A DNA stretch of 64,000 bases from contig OZ240219.1 in the NCBI GenBank assembly GCA_965197645.1, positions 2,976,001 to 3,040,000 on the forward strand, in the 5' to 3' direction. The stretch comes from Dehalococcoidia bacterium. Lineage in GTDB: Bacteria > Chloroflexota > Dehalococcoidia > Plut-88900. Made by a program: the position numbers and the translations under genes. The notes below the pieces were generated by a model that worked only from the letters and a program-made list of their open reading frames with translations, searched no databases and was not told the origin of the DNA. The stretch's first letter is position 1. Each line of letters starts with the position of its first letter. Below are positions 29,469-40,086 of the stretch, one piece after another.

Positions 29469-29948
29469 TTAGGGATTCCCGCTCTGCCAATGCCGAAACC
29501 ATAGCATCATCACCGCGAAGACAGCCAGGATTACAAGTGCACCCAGGAAGTCCTGGGCTAATGCAGCATCCTTAGCATCTCCGATCAGAGGCCTGATGGC
29601 GCTGGAACCGATCACGCCCGCTAGGATGAAGATCGGAGCGGCCACACCTAAAGGAATATAGCGATCACGCCCGACTCTAGCTATGTTGAAGAATGTGGCA
29701 TTGGAAAACGCCAGGTACACAGCGAAGAAGTAAGAAGCTCCACGTATGAACCCCAGGTCATCAAACACTGCTGTTGTAAGAACCCAAGTCATGAGGATGC
29801 CCATGCTTAGGCCGAGGAAGCGCAGATATCGATACGGACCTTGCCAAGCGGACCCCCATGCTTCTTGCCAGCTTCTTAGGTGCCAAACCAGGAGCCTGCC
29901 CAGAAGTCTAAGGGCTTCCGCCCGGAGTATTTCGAGGAAACCACCCAT
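29469..29948 (-). CDS. Four-TM membrane protein, last gene of Ubl operon
   Basis: Four hydrophobic segments; starts 18 bp after the DUF6527 stop, with AGGAG-like RBS. Confidence 0.7.
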   Translation of the reverse strand: MGGFLEILRAEALRLLGRLLVWHLRSWQEAWGSAWQGPYRYLRFLGLSMGILMTWVLTTAVFDDLGFIRGASYFFAVYLAFSNATFFNIARVGRDRYIPLGVAAPIFILAGVIGSSAIRPLIGDAKDAALAQDFLGALVILAVFAVMMLWFRHWQSGNP

Positions 29949-29966
29949 TCCGCTTAGCTCCTACCC

Positions 29967-30356
29967 TTACGCCCTTTTGCGCCTGAGCCGACTCAGGATC
30001 GCTCGCCAGAATCTGCCGCGGCGTAGCGCTGTACCGATACGGTCGAAGGCACGGCCTCTCTTGATCTCAAACATCCAACGCTCTCGAGCCCATCGCACCT
30101 GATTCCGATGAATCCAGTAGTGAGATTGACAAGAAAGGCTCCCATTACCAATCGACGGAGAGAGGGACACTGAATTCCCGTCGAAGGTCATCTGCCAGTC
30201 GGTTGGATCCAAAGGTGTCACGATCTCGTTGCCACATCCACAGCAACAACGGTGCATGACCGTAGCGAAGGGTATCGACACGTACAACACCCCATCATCT
30301 AGGGCTTCTGGGATGTAGCTGACGAACTCGTGCCGGAGCGAGTTGATCCGAGTCAC
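29967..30356 (-). CDS. DUF6527-family metal-binding protein
   Basis: H.CCCGCG...TPL...W...SLSPSI...C.SHYWI. Confidence 0.85.
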   Translation of the reverse strand: MTRINSLRHEFVSYIPEALDDGVLYVSIPFATVMHRCCCGCGNEIVTPLDPTDWQMTFDGNSVSLSPSIGNGSLSCQSHYWIHRNQVRWARERWMFEIKRGRAFDRIGTALRRGRFWRAILSRLRRKRA

Positions 30357-31525
30357 GCTTTGTCCTCATTGACCAAGTGATTCCCGTCTATCTGGTATAG
30401 GCTAGTATGCTCATTCTCAAGATCGGCGTAGAACCCGCTAACCTTCTTCCACTTGATCACGGCCAGAGCCGCGTTCAGGGCATTGAGGTCAGCGATTTGG
30501 ATGTTGCGGGAATAGTCGTCTTCGCCGTCGCGGTCGGAAATCGGGAGCGTCGAACGGACTTGGTCACGAGACAGGTCCGTGCTCGCGGTCACTCTCAATT
30601 GGCCCAGCAGCGAACTCTCAACCTCCTCTACACCCATACCAACGTCGATGAACGGAACGCCGAATTCCTCCAGCTTCTCTACAAGGAGCCTCCTAGGCCG
30701 ACCCTTGTCAACCGCCATGAACACGAAGTCCATAGCCCGCAGGGAGTCCACTACGGATTCATCTACAAATCCGTGGGCGAAGATGTTCCGTCGCATCTCG
30801 GAGTAAATGTCTCGGTAGTAGGCCGTCTTCTGCGGTGCGGCCCTCAGTGTTTCGATGGAAGGTGCTCCCGGCGAACGGAAGGCGTTGTGCTGTCCAAATC
30901 TGTCGCCGTCGAATAGGTGGATCTCCCGCACGGGAGTCTTGGCCACCAAGTCGAGTATGTATGATCCCGTGCCGCCCACCCCGACGATGGCTACTGCTCC
31001 GCATTCCAGCTTTTCGGTAATGGCGCTGATGCCGGCACGGCTCGATGCCGTATCGATATACCTGAACACGGACTCCTCCTGCCGAGCCTCAACTACTGCA
31101 AAGGTTCGAGCGGTGACGTTGGGGTCAATCGATTGGGCCGGCCCGGCGATGATGGCCTCGTAGGTGGTCATCTTCCGGTAATAGTCGGTATAGCCCTCCG
31201 GCGGCTTACTCGAGAATCTGTGGTCCACGACTAGTCCTTCAGCGAGTTCCCTACGGCGACTGGAGTGGCGGATCTGGGTCAATGGACGCCCTCGCTGGTC
31301 ACAGGGCATTTCTCCAGCGAACATGACGACATGCGTACTCGGCTTCGTGGTAGTGTCTGCCGCCAAGCTGAGCTCAGAAACTAGAGTCCCGTACTTGATG
31401 ACTCGGTCCTCGGTGACATACGGCACGTGTCGCAGAAGTAGGTGACCAGACCGAACTTCGACCTCGTAGCCCTCGTCTTCAAGACGCTGGAGGTCGGCGC
31501 TACGATCTATCAGTGAATGAGACAT
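30353..31525 (-). CDS. ThiF/E1-like adenylyltransferase with N-terminal E2-like (DUF6791-type) domain
   Basis: VAIVGVGGTGS, LFDGD..GQHNAFRSPG, FMAVD, DVGMG, NIQIADLNALNA. Confidence 0.88.
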   Translation of the reverse strand: MSHSLIDRSADLQRLEDEGYEVEVRSGHLLLRHVPYVTEDRVIKYGTLVSELSLAADTTTKPSTHVVMFAGEMPCDQRGRPLTQIRHSSRRRELAEGLVVDHRFSSKPPEGYTDYYRKMTTYEAIIAGPAQSIDPNVTARTFAVVEARQEESVFRYIDTASSRAGISAITEKLECGAVAIVGVGGTGSYILDLVAKTPVREIHLFDGDRFGQHNAFRSPGAPSIETLRAAPQKTAYYRDIYSEMRRNIFAHGFVDESVVDSLRAMDFVFMAVDKGRPRRLLVEKLEEFGVPFIDVGMGVEEVESSLLGQLRVTASTDLSRDQVRSTLPISDRDGEDDYSRNIQIADLNALNAALAVIKWKKVSGFYADLENEHTSLYQIDGNHLVNEDKA

Positions 31526-31769
31526 TGAATATAGTCCCGTCCTCGATCTTCACGCTCTTACCCGCGACGAGCCTTCCGTCCGGAGGCCTCCCAGCACCGT
31601 CCCGGTAGCTCACCGTGAACACGATGTCCGGCCCAGATGGCAGTGGGTCGAACGCCAGCCTTACTACCTGTTCGAAGGAGAGTTCCCTGTCGGAATTGAG
31701 TTCCTTAAAAGGAATGACCTTCTCCCGTCCGTTCACTACAATTGTGACTGTATCTTTGTCTTCCACCAT
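31500..31769 (-). CDS. Multi-ubiquitin-family ubiquitin-like protein (single beta-grasp domain)
   Basis: TIVVNGREK...LSFEQVVRLAF...TVSY...G.LVAG.SVKI.DG.IFNV..TDRS. Confidence 0.82.
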   Translation of the reverse strand: MVEDKDTVTIVVNGREKVIPFKELNSDRELSFEQVVRLAFDPLPSGPDIVFTVSYRDGAGRPPDGRLVAGKSVKIEDGTIFNVSFTDRS

Positions 31770-31802
31770 CGCTATACTCCTTTAGGGTTGTCCCACAACA
31801 TC

Positions 31803-31887
31803 TTGACAGTACCAACCTTGGTACTACAAAATACAGCCTAACTCGTGGCCCACACCCGTGTCAATACCTTATCGGTACAGTGTACCG
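31803..31887. promoter_or_regulatory. Face-to-face promoters with palindromic operators
   Basis: TTGACA at 31803 (+) and 31864-31859 (-, followed 18 bp later by TAGGCT); palindromes AGTACCAA-CC-TTGGTACT (31808-31825) and CGGTACA-G-TGTACCG (31873-31887). Confidence 0.65.
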
Positions 31888-31907
31888 GTATGGGCACAGG
31901 AGGAGAC

Positions 31908-32387
31908 ATGAACCCAAGTAGGCTTGAGCTCAACGATCTAGGTGGTCTCGTCCTGGCAGAGCGAACACGGAGAGGGATGAGTCTCCGGGAATCCGCCCGG
32001 GCGATAGGCATTCCTTTCAACACTCTGGCGCGTGTCGAGAAAGGACACGTCCCAGACCTGCCTAAATTCAAGCGCCTCGTCGAGTGGTGTGGTGCGGACA
32101 TCAAGCAGTTCTTTGAAATTCAGGAAAGGGCGACTACCACCACTGATGTAATTGCTGAACACCTTCGTGCAGACCGCAACCTGCCCCCTGACGCTGCGGA
32201 GCGGATCGCTAGCATCGTCGGCGACCTGTACCAAGCTCTGGCGCGCCCCCAGCAAATCGCGGCAGTGCATCTGCGGGCGGCAAACACGTTCCGCCCAAAC
32301 GCGGCCCGCTACCTAGGGTCGTTGCTGAGCGACTTAAACCAAGCCCTCATGGAGGAAGCCTCTGATGGCTCTGCGGAGAGGGTTTAA
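31908..32387 (+). CDS. XRE-family HTH repressor (CapH/ImmR-like)
   Basis: RRGMSLRESARAIGIPFNTLARVEKGHVPD; GGAGG RBS. Confidence 0.85.
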   Translation: MNPSRLELNDLGGLVLAERTRRGMSLRESARAIGIPFNTLARVEKGHVPDLPKFKRLVEWCGADIKQFFEIQERATTTTDVIAEHLRADRNLPPDAAERIASIVGDLYQALARPQQIAAVHLRAANTFRPNAARYLGSLLSDLNQALMEEASDGSAERV

Positions 32388-32940
32388 GTCCGAAGCTGAG
32401 AGAATCGCCCGAGGCGTTAGGTCGGATATGGGCCTCAATGCCGCTAAGTCCGTTGCGCCCGAAGACCTAGCCACACTGATCGGTATAGAGATCAGAGCGG
32501 GAGACGAGTTGGTTCAGCGTGAAAGGTTCAGAGAGCTTGAGCGCATTCAGCCAGAATCTTTCTCGGCCTGCACACTCCGCCCTTCCCCTGAACGCGTGGT
32601 CATCGTCTACAACCCTCTCTCAGCTAAGTCGCGGCGACGGAGCGATTTGGCACACGAACTTGCCCACATCCTTCTTGACCACGAGTTGAGTCGGCTTGAA
32701 AGACTCGGCGAGGTAACGTTTTTTTCGTGTGATGCCATACAGGAGGAGGAAGCTGGCTGGTTGTCAGGGTGTCTCCTTCTCCCTAGGGCACTACTCTTGG
32801 CGGAGACCAGAAGGGGGGTAAGCGCCAAAGAGATTGCAAGGAAATGTGGGGTCAGCGAGCAGATGGCTCAGTACAGGTTGAATGTCACTGGCGTGCTCAG
32901 GCAGAGGCGGGCGATCCAGAAGAAGAGCCGGAACCCGTGA
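32365..32940 (+). CDS. ImmA/IrrE-family zinc metallopeptidase (CapP-like)
   Basis: R.RSDLAHELAHILL...EEEA...SGCLLLP, C-terminal HTH. Confidence 0.9.
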   Translation: MALRRGFKSEAERIARGVRSDMGLNAAKSVAPEDLATLIGIEIRAGDELVQRERFRELERIQPESFSACTLRPSPERVVIVYNPLSAKSRRRSDLAHELAHILLDHELSRLERLGEVTFFSCDAIQEEEAGWLSGCLLLPRALLLAETRRGVSAKEIARKCGVSEQMAQYRLNVTGVLRQRRAIQKKSRNP

Positions 32941-33100
32941 TGATGCCCGGCGTGGATATGCCGCGAGTGGCCAAGGCACTGTGGCCCCAACGGATGGATG
33001 TCAATGACGCAGTTGACCGAAGGTCCAAGGCGGAATGTGTGTCGCAAGTGAAGGTCCTAACCGTGGTGGCACCTGCGTCTGCAATGAGGAAGCATCGGAC

Positions 33101-33853
33101 ATGCCCTCAACGATAGAGTGGACCGACGAGACGTGGAATCCTGTGACGGGATGCTCCCGCGTTTCCCCCGGTTGTGACAACTGCTACATGTTCGCATTGT
33201 ACCCCAGGCTGCGGGCTATGGACGTTCCAGGATATAAGGCCTCACCCGACACTGTGCAAATGCTTCCAGAACGTCTGCGCGTCCCGCTGTCATGGCGACG
33301 CCCCAGGCGCGTATTTGTCAACAGCATGTCCGACTTGTTCCACCCTCGCGTGGAGTACGACTTCATATCTGACGTTTTCGCCGTCATGGGACAAGCTCGC
33401 CAGCACGTGTTTCAGGTGCTTACGAAGCGACCGGGCAGGGCCGCCGGTTGGTGGGGAAGCCACGGCCAGAGCAGGTTCGGTGAGTGGCCTGAAAACGTGT
33501 GGATGGGCACATCTGTTGAGAGCCAGAAGTATGCGCCTCGACTGTCCGTGCTACGACGGATCCCTGCCACCATCCGTTTTGTTTCCGCGGAGCCTCTGCT
33601 TGAGAGAATCGATCTCGCCAAGTGGCTGGAGGACGGCACCATCCACTGGGTGATTGCCGGTGGCGAGAGCGGCCCTCGCGCAAGGCCGATGGTTCTAGAC
33701 TGGGCGCGGGACCTTCGGGATCAGTCCGCAAGGGCAAACGTGGCCTTTTTCCTGAAACAACTAGGGGGCAAGCGCGGCAAGCAGTCAGGTGTGGATGCCA
33801 TTTTGGACGGCGCAACGTGGCTGGCATTGCCTGGGAGCAACGGGAAATGGTGA
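33101..33853 (+). CDS. DUF5131 / phage Gp37Gp68 three-Cys-motif protein
   Basis: IEWTDETWNPVTGCSRVSPGCDNCY, FVNSMSDLFH, SAEPLL, WVIAGGESG, FFLKQLGG. Confidence 0.92.
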   Translation: MPSTIEWTDETWNPVTGCSRVSPGCDNCYMFALYPRLRAMDVPGYKASPDTVQMLPERLRVPLSWRRPRRVFVNSMSDLFHPRVEYDFISDVFAVMGQARQHVFQVLTKRPGRAAGWWGSHGQSRFGEWPENVWMGTSVESQKYAPRLSVLRRIPATIRFVSAEPLLERIDLAKWLEDGTIHWVIAGGESGPRARPMVLDWARDLRDQSARANVAFFLKQLGGKRGKQSGVDAILDGATWLALPGSNGKW

Positions 33854-33856
33854 CCA

Positions 33857-34992
33857 ATGCCCCCTAAGGAGACACTTTGGCCTCTTGACGACCACACCCG
33901 TGGCAAGCACATGGTCCTGCGGGCTTACATGGACGCCTGGCTTCCCATCAACTTGAGCAAGTTTGAGAGAGCGAGGTTCGTTGATGCGTTTGCCGGGCCT
34001 GGAGAATACGAGAAAGGGGAGCTTGGCTCACCGGTCATTGCGCTAAACGCCCTCGCCCAACACTCTTCACAGAGCATGATGACTGGTCAGATGGACTACG
34101 TCTTCATTGAGGAACGTTCTGACCGATTCGTTCACTTGAAGAACGTAGTCGCCCATCAACGAACCAAAGGCTCTATCCCTTCCATCTGCCAAATCAGTAT
34201 GTTTAACGATACGTTCGCCCACGTACTTCCGAAACTGATCGCTCCGATGAAATCAGATCGCATCCCCACTTTTGTCATGATTGATCCCTTTGGTATATCT
34301 GGAGTCGGCATGGAGTTGATACGGGCATTAATGCAGCATTCCAGCACTGAGATCTACGTTTCCTTCATGTATGAGCATATGAACCGATTCAGGAGTCAAC
34401 CTAACTTCGAACCACACCTAAACGACCTATTTGGCTGTGAAGAATGGCAACAAGGCATAGACATGCCAGAGGGCAAAGCACGAAAGGACTTTTTTATGGA
34501 CTATACAGAGAGCAACTTAAGCTTTCGGGAGCCCAGCATGTCCTGAGCTTCGAGCTGTACGGTGGTAACCAGCTAAAGTATGCGCTGTTCTTCGCTACCC
34601 AGAAGGATGAGGGCTGTGACAAAATGAAACAAGTCATGTGGAAAGTAGCTCCGCTCGGAGGCTATCGTTTCAGGAGTGACGCTCTAGGCCAACTCTCGTT
34701 TGAATCAGGGGTTGTGGACTTCGATGAATTAAATAAAGCGTTAATCAGAGAATTCGGGATGCATCAATCGATCAAGATCGAGTCAATTGAAGAGTTCATG
34801 TGCTCCGACAGGATTCTATTCCACTCTGGTCAACTGAAGAGCCGTCTGGCAGATATGGAGCGAGCATCTACACTCATCGTCGACCAGAGTCCGAGAAAGA
34901 AGCGTTTTACCTTCCCACAGGGCACAATTCTACGTTTTGTCGAGCCTCCACCGCCATCGCCAATACAAAAGTTGTTGATACCAGCCAAATAG
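33857..34992 (+). pseudogene. Three-Cys-motif partner TcmP (methyltransferase fold + wHTH), split by a 1-bp frameshift in T6 at 34490-34495
   Basis: HT.GKH..L..Y..AW, VDAFAGPG, FVMIDPFG; a seventh T would give RKDFFYGLYREQLK and join the two ORFs. Confidence 0.8.
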
Positions 34993-35868
34993 TGTCCATG
35001 CCCCGCCCTCCGATGCCCGCAGGTACCCTTAGCCGTGCGGCCATCCACGCAAGCAGCGAAGGTGCCGGCCCTAGAGCCGCCACCAGCATTGGGTAGACTT
35101 CCTGTCGGCCCCCGTCGATAGGCAATGGGAAATCATCTTCGTAGCCGGTGAGCCTGCAAAGGGGCAACCAGTTCTGCACAGACCATAAAATGGTACCGGC
35201 CTTACTACTTATCACCATCGTTTGCTGAGAGGTAAGCTTCGGCCGACCAAGCGTACTGTAGCAGGCGTCCTAGCTCGCTGCGCGGGTTTTGGGGGGCTAT
35301 GGCGTGGCTCTTGATGCCAAGGTTGAAGAAGGGGTTGCGGTGTCTTCCCTGGCAGATCCATTCCTCCACGGAGTAGACCCAAGAGAGGGGCCTGGAACGT
35401 CCTGTAGTGCTCGGTACCCTGACAACCACCCTTCTCCCATTGTCAGCGCCCTGGTCGTCGACAACCTCCACCTCAGGTTGGCCTCACTGTGCTATTTCCT
35501 CTTCACGGAGCGGACACCTGCATCTCGAACGCCATTTGTCCCCACCTGCGCTTGCTGTTGAGGCTGTCGGCCATCGAGTGTCGGTTGTCCTCCCCAAGTC
35601 TGGCCAGATACCAATTTTCATTGGTGTGTTTCTTGCGAAACCGGAGCGATGGGATCCTTTCGGCGCCTAGGACCCAACTGCTCCCCTTAGACTTGATACG
35701 CCGACCCGCCAACTGGGTTTGGAGCGCCATCTGCTCGACCCCCTCGAAGGGAAATAGGGGAACCCTGTCGCCTTGCAGAATCACGGGGACCGTCCGCCGA
35801 TAGACCTTCATGACCAATTCCGCTATTCTGGGGAAGAAGCGGAGATTTTCTTAGGCGGGGAGGCCGGA

Positions 35869-37107
35869 TTGAGCGCTCCGATTTCTGATCGTATTGCGCA
35901 GCGCGGAGTGGCGTTAGCTATGGGGGCTTTCGAGGCCCTCAGCTTCGCGTTTCGGGTTCAACACGACGAAGACTACGGTGTTGACGCTCACGCCGAACTG
36001 ATTGAAGATGGACAGCCGACTGGAATGCTACTTGGAATCCAGTTGAAGACTGGACCCAGCTACTTCAAGGAATCCCAAGGGGACTCGTACGTTTTCAGAG
36101 CCGATAGCCGGCACGTTGAGTATTGGTTTGACCACTGCCTGCCAGTGTTGATCTGTCTGTGTGATTTGGACTCCCGACGGGTGCATTGGCAAGCCGTCGA
36201 TGCAGAAACTGCCACTTCTACGGGTAAGGGGTTCAAGATTCTCATACCGATGTCCCAAAAGTTAGATTCCAACTCTGAGTCCAACTTACGCAACCTCTTG
36301 ACGCCGGTGGTAGCTGGGACCCGATATACGATTTTCGAGCAGTCCGATGTGAGCCACGGAAGCGCCAAGCGGTACTCCTACAAGGTCGTAGTCAACGGCG
36401 ATGCCAACAAATCAGAGGTGGCATCCATTGTGAGGCAGGTGACGATCTACGGTGCCAAGAGGGTGTACAACCGCAATCACCTTACTCAGGGACACTGGGG
36501 GGACTCCGAAGCCCAGGTAGTCTGGACTTTCGTTTATCCGAGTGCCGAGGATCACGCAAGGGACAACTACATTTGCCGGAGCCTCTGGATCCACCCCGAC
36601 TTGCCGATAAGAGATCGGCCATTGGGCCACCGAGGCCAAAATATTGGTGACGGCATCATCGTTAATTGGAATCCAATGCACGCAGAGTCGGCCCACCTCG
36701 TCTCGGCTAATACATGTACGAAAGGGGAGTACCTTTCAAGGGTTCCTCAGTTGGTTGAAGAGCTGTCCTCGCTACTCACGAATCTTGATGTCCAACACTC
36801 GGCGTTATTCAGGGGAACCGCCTCAGAGGAGTCGTTCCTAATCAAGACCGAGAGAACACGAGCCCGAATAGTAGAGATCGAAGATGAGGTCTTCGACATG
36901 CCGCTCGCCCCGTTTGAGTGTAATCAAGTTGATCAGGCGTTCAAAAGGCTTCTAGTTTCCTGTAGTAACATTGCCCTCTTTTATTCAGAACGGGGCAGGG
37001 AGACTTGGAAAGATGTCAACCGAAAGGGTTGGCTAGTCACCCAACAGCGAGAAGCCGCTCGGGAGTCACTCAGCCGGGTAGAATCCGAAATCAGTAAAAT
37101 ACGGTAA
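35869..37107 (+). CDS. DUF4365-domain (PD-(D/E)xK) protein with unknown C-terminal domains
   Basis: FR.QHDEDYGVDAHAE...GIQLKTG...YW...LPV; TTG start after GGGGAGG. Confidence 0.8.
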   Translation: MSAPISDRIAQRGVALAMGAFEALSFAFRVQHDEDYGVDAHAELIEDGQPTGMLLGIQLKTGPSYFKESQGDSYVFRADSRHVEYWFDHCLPVLICLCDLDSRRVHWQAVDAETATSTGKGFKILIPMSQKLDSNSESNLRNLLTPVVAGTRYTIFEQSDVSHGSAKRYSYKVVVNGDANKSEVASIVRQVTIYGAKRVYNRNHLTQGHWGDSEAQVVWTFVYPSAEDHARDNYICRSLWIHPDLPIRDRPLGHRGQNIGDGIIVNWNPMHAESAHLVSANTCTKGEYLSRVPQLVEELSSLLTNLDVQHSALFRGTASEESFLIKTERTRARIVEIEDEVFDMPLAPFECNQVDQAFKRLLVSCSNIALFYSERGRETWKDVNRKGWLVTQQREAARESLSRVESEISKIR

Positions 37108-37790
37108 AAGAATAGTTCCACATCCGAACCAGAATTCTCCGACCTTTGAGGGTAGGTCTGAGCTATGGATCCGTCGGCCTCCTCTAAACTCCTTCTAACA
37201 GTCCCTCCTTGCTCCGACGCGTCCCCTCGGGACACCCGCAACGGCGATCTGACCCAATCTCCAACACGATGGTACACCTTCATCCGAAAGACACCCTAAC
37301 AACGGAAACCTGCTCCTATCGCGGGCGATCAATCTTGTTGCCAGCAAATTGAAGCTTATCTGATGTCCAATCACACCAAGAACTCAGGTCACATGGTAGT
37401 GGGACTGAGTGACAAGTGACCACGACGTCTCTTGACCGAGCCTTCGAGCAGCATTCCATCCACCACTAAGGACCTTTGCAGCATCTTGGTCACCAGCTTC
37501 AGGGCGTTAAACTTTACCGACTCGGGGCTGCCCCATGCCCACGATCGTCACGACGCATCCCTCATCACCTAAGCGACGCGATCCAGCGCATGCTAGGTGA
37601 CGATGCGTACAACCCTCCCCACATCTTCGAAGAGCCCAGCACGGCAATCGAATCAGGGAGGGATGACTTCTGAAGACTGTAGAGTCTACTGATTATCTGA
37701 GAGACCCCTACTGCTGGGAGTGGTCCGGCGGCGCCTCCCAGTGCTTTGTCTTCGCGGAGACGCAGCGACCATAACGAGGTCAAGGGTAGT

Positions 37791-37913
37791 AGCAGTGATG
37801 GGGAGCCCCTTGCTCTCGTAGTAGGCTTCCATCTCGCCTATCTCCACGGGGATGAATGTCTTGTCCTCTCCGGCCTCGCTCTTGCCGGAGACGCAGGCGT
37901 AAATGGGCACCCG
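37791..37913 (-). pseudogene. Remnant of a serine recombinase N-terminus
   Basis: RVPIYACVSGKSEAGEDKTFI..EI.EMEAYYESKGL resembles IYARVS..Q....S...Q.....Y....G; GAGGAGG upstream; rest of gene absent. Confidence 0.55.
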
Positions 37914-38071
37914 ATTCGCCTCCTCTTTCCTTGTGGTGAGTAGCACCATTGCTGACTTCTTCTGCATGTTCCAAATCACATCTGCCCACTACTGTCGAGA
38001 GCAGGTCTGCGGGTAGTACAATCTATTCATATCACCTGGATTCAACAAGAGAAGCTCAGGGAGTAAGAACT

Positions 38072-39650
<1,579 letters not shown>

Positions 39651-39664
<14 letters not shown>

Positions 39665-39842
39665 GGAGGCCATACAGCTCATAGAGCAGGACGGGTGGAG
39701 GCTTGTTCGCACCAGGGGAAGCCATAGACAATACAAGCATCCGGTCAAGCCTGGCCGCGTGACCATACCCGGCAAGCCAGGAGATGACCTGCCGCCGGGC
39801 ACCTGGAACAGCATATTGAAGCAATCAGGGCTAAAGGAGTAA
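39651..39842 (+). CDS. hicA: HicA mRNase toxin
   Basis: [26 protein letters not shown]...[12 protein letters not shown]. Confidence 0.92.
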
Positions 39843-39850
39843 GCAGAGCC

Positions 39851-40078
39851 ATGAAGTACACGGTAGTAATCGAAAGGACTACCAATAACTATGCAGCCTA
39901 CGTGCCGGACCTGCCTGGCTGTGTGGCTACCGCCGGCACCCGCGAAGAGCTGTTGAAGGAAATCCGAGAGGCCATAGAGTTTCACATTGAAGGCATGCGT
40001 GAAGACGGCGAACCCATACCGGATCCTCAGACTACGGCGGCATTGGTGGATGCGGCCATACCGGCGCCGGGTGTCTAA
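39851..40078 (+). CDS. hicB: HicB antitoxin (short, no DNA-binding domain)
   Basis: YTVVIE....YAAYVPDLPGC.A.A.T.EE....IREAIEFHIE. Confidence 0.92.
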   Translation: MKYTVVIERTTNNYAAYVPDLPGCVATAGTREELLKEIREAIEFHIEGMREDGEPIPDPQTTAALVDAAIPAPGV

Positions 40079-40086
40079 CTGAGGGC

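Noticed and set aside
35147-35160. GGTGAGCCTGCAAA resembling the putative att core at 15651
   Set aside because: A 12/14 match is plausible by chance in 64 kb of GC-rich DNA, and flanks do not support it
34993-35868. Short minus-strand ORFs (34907-35218, 35205-35471, 35503-35817) as a gene
   Set aside because: Possibly one decayed gene, but no recognisable motif; cannot be assigned without a search
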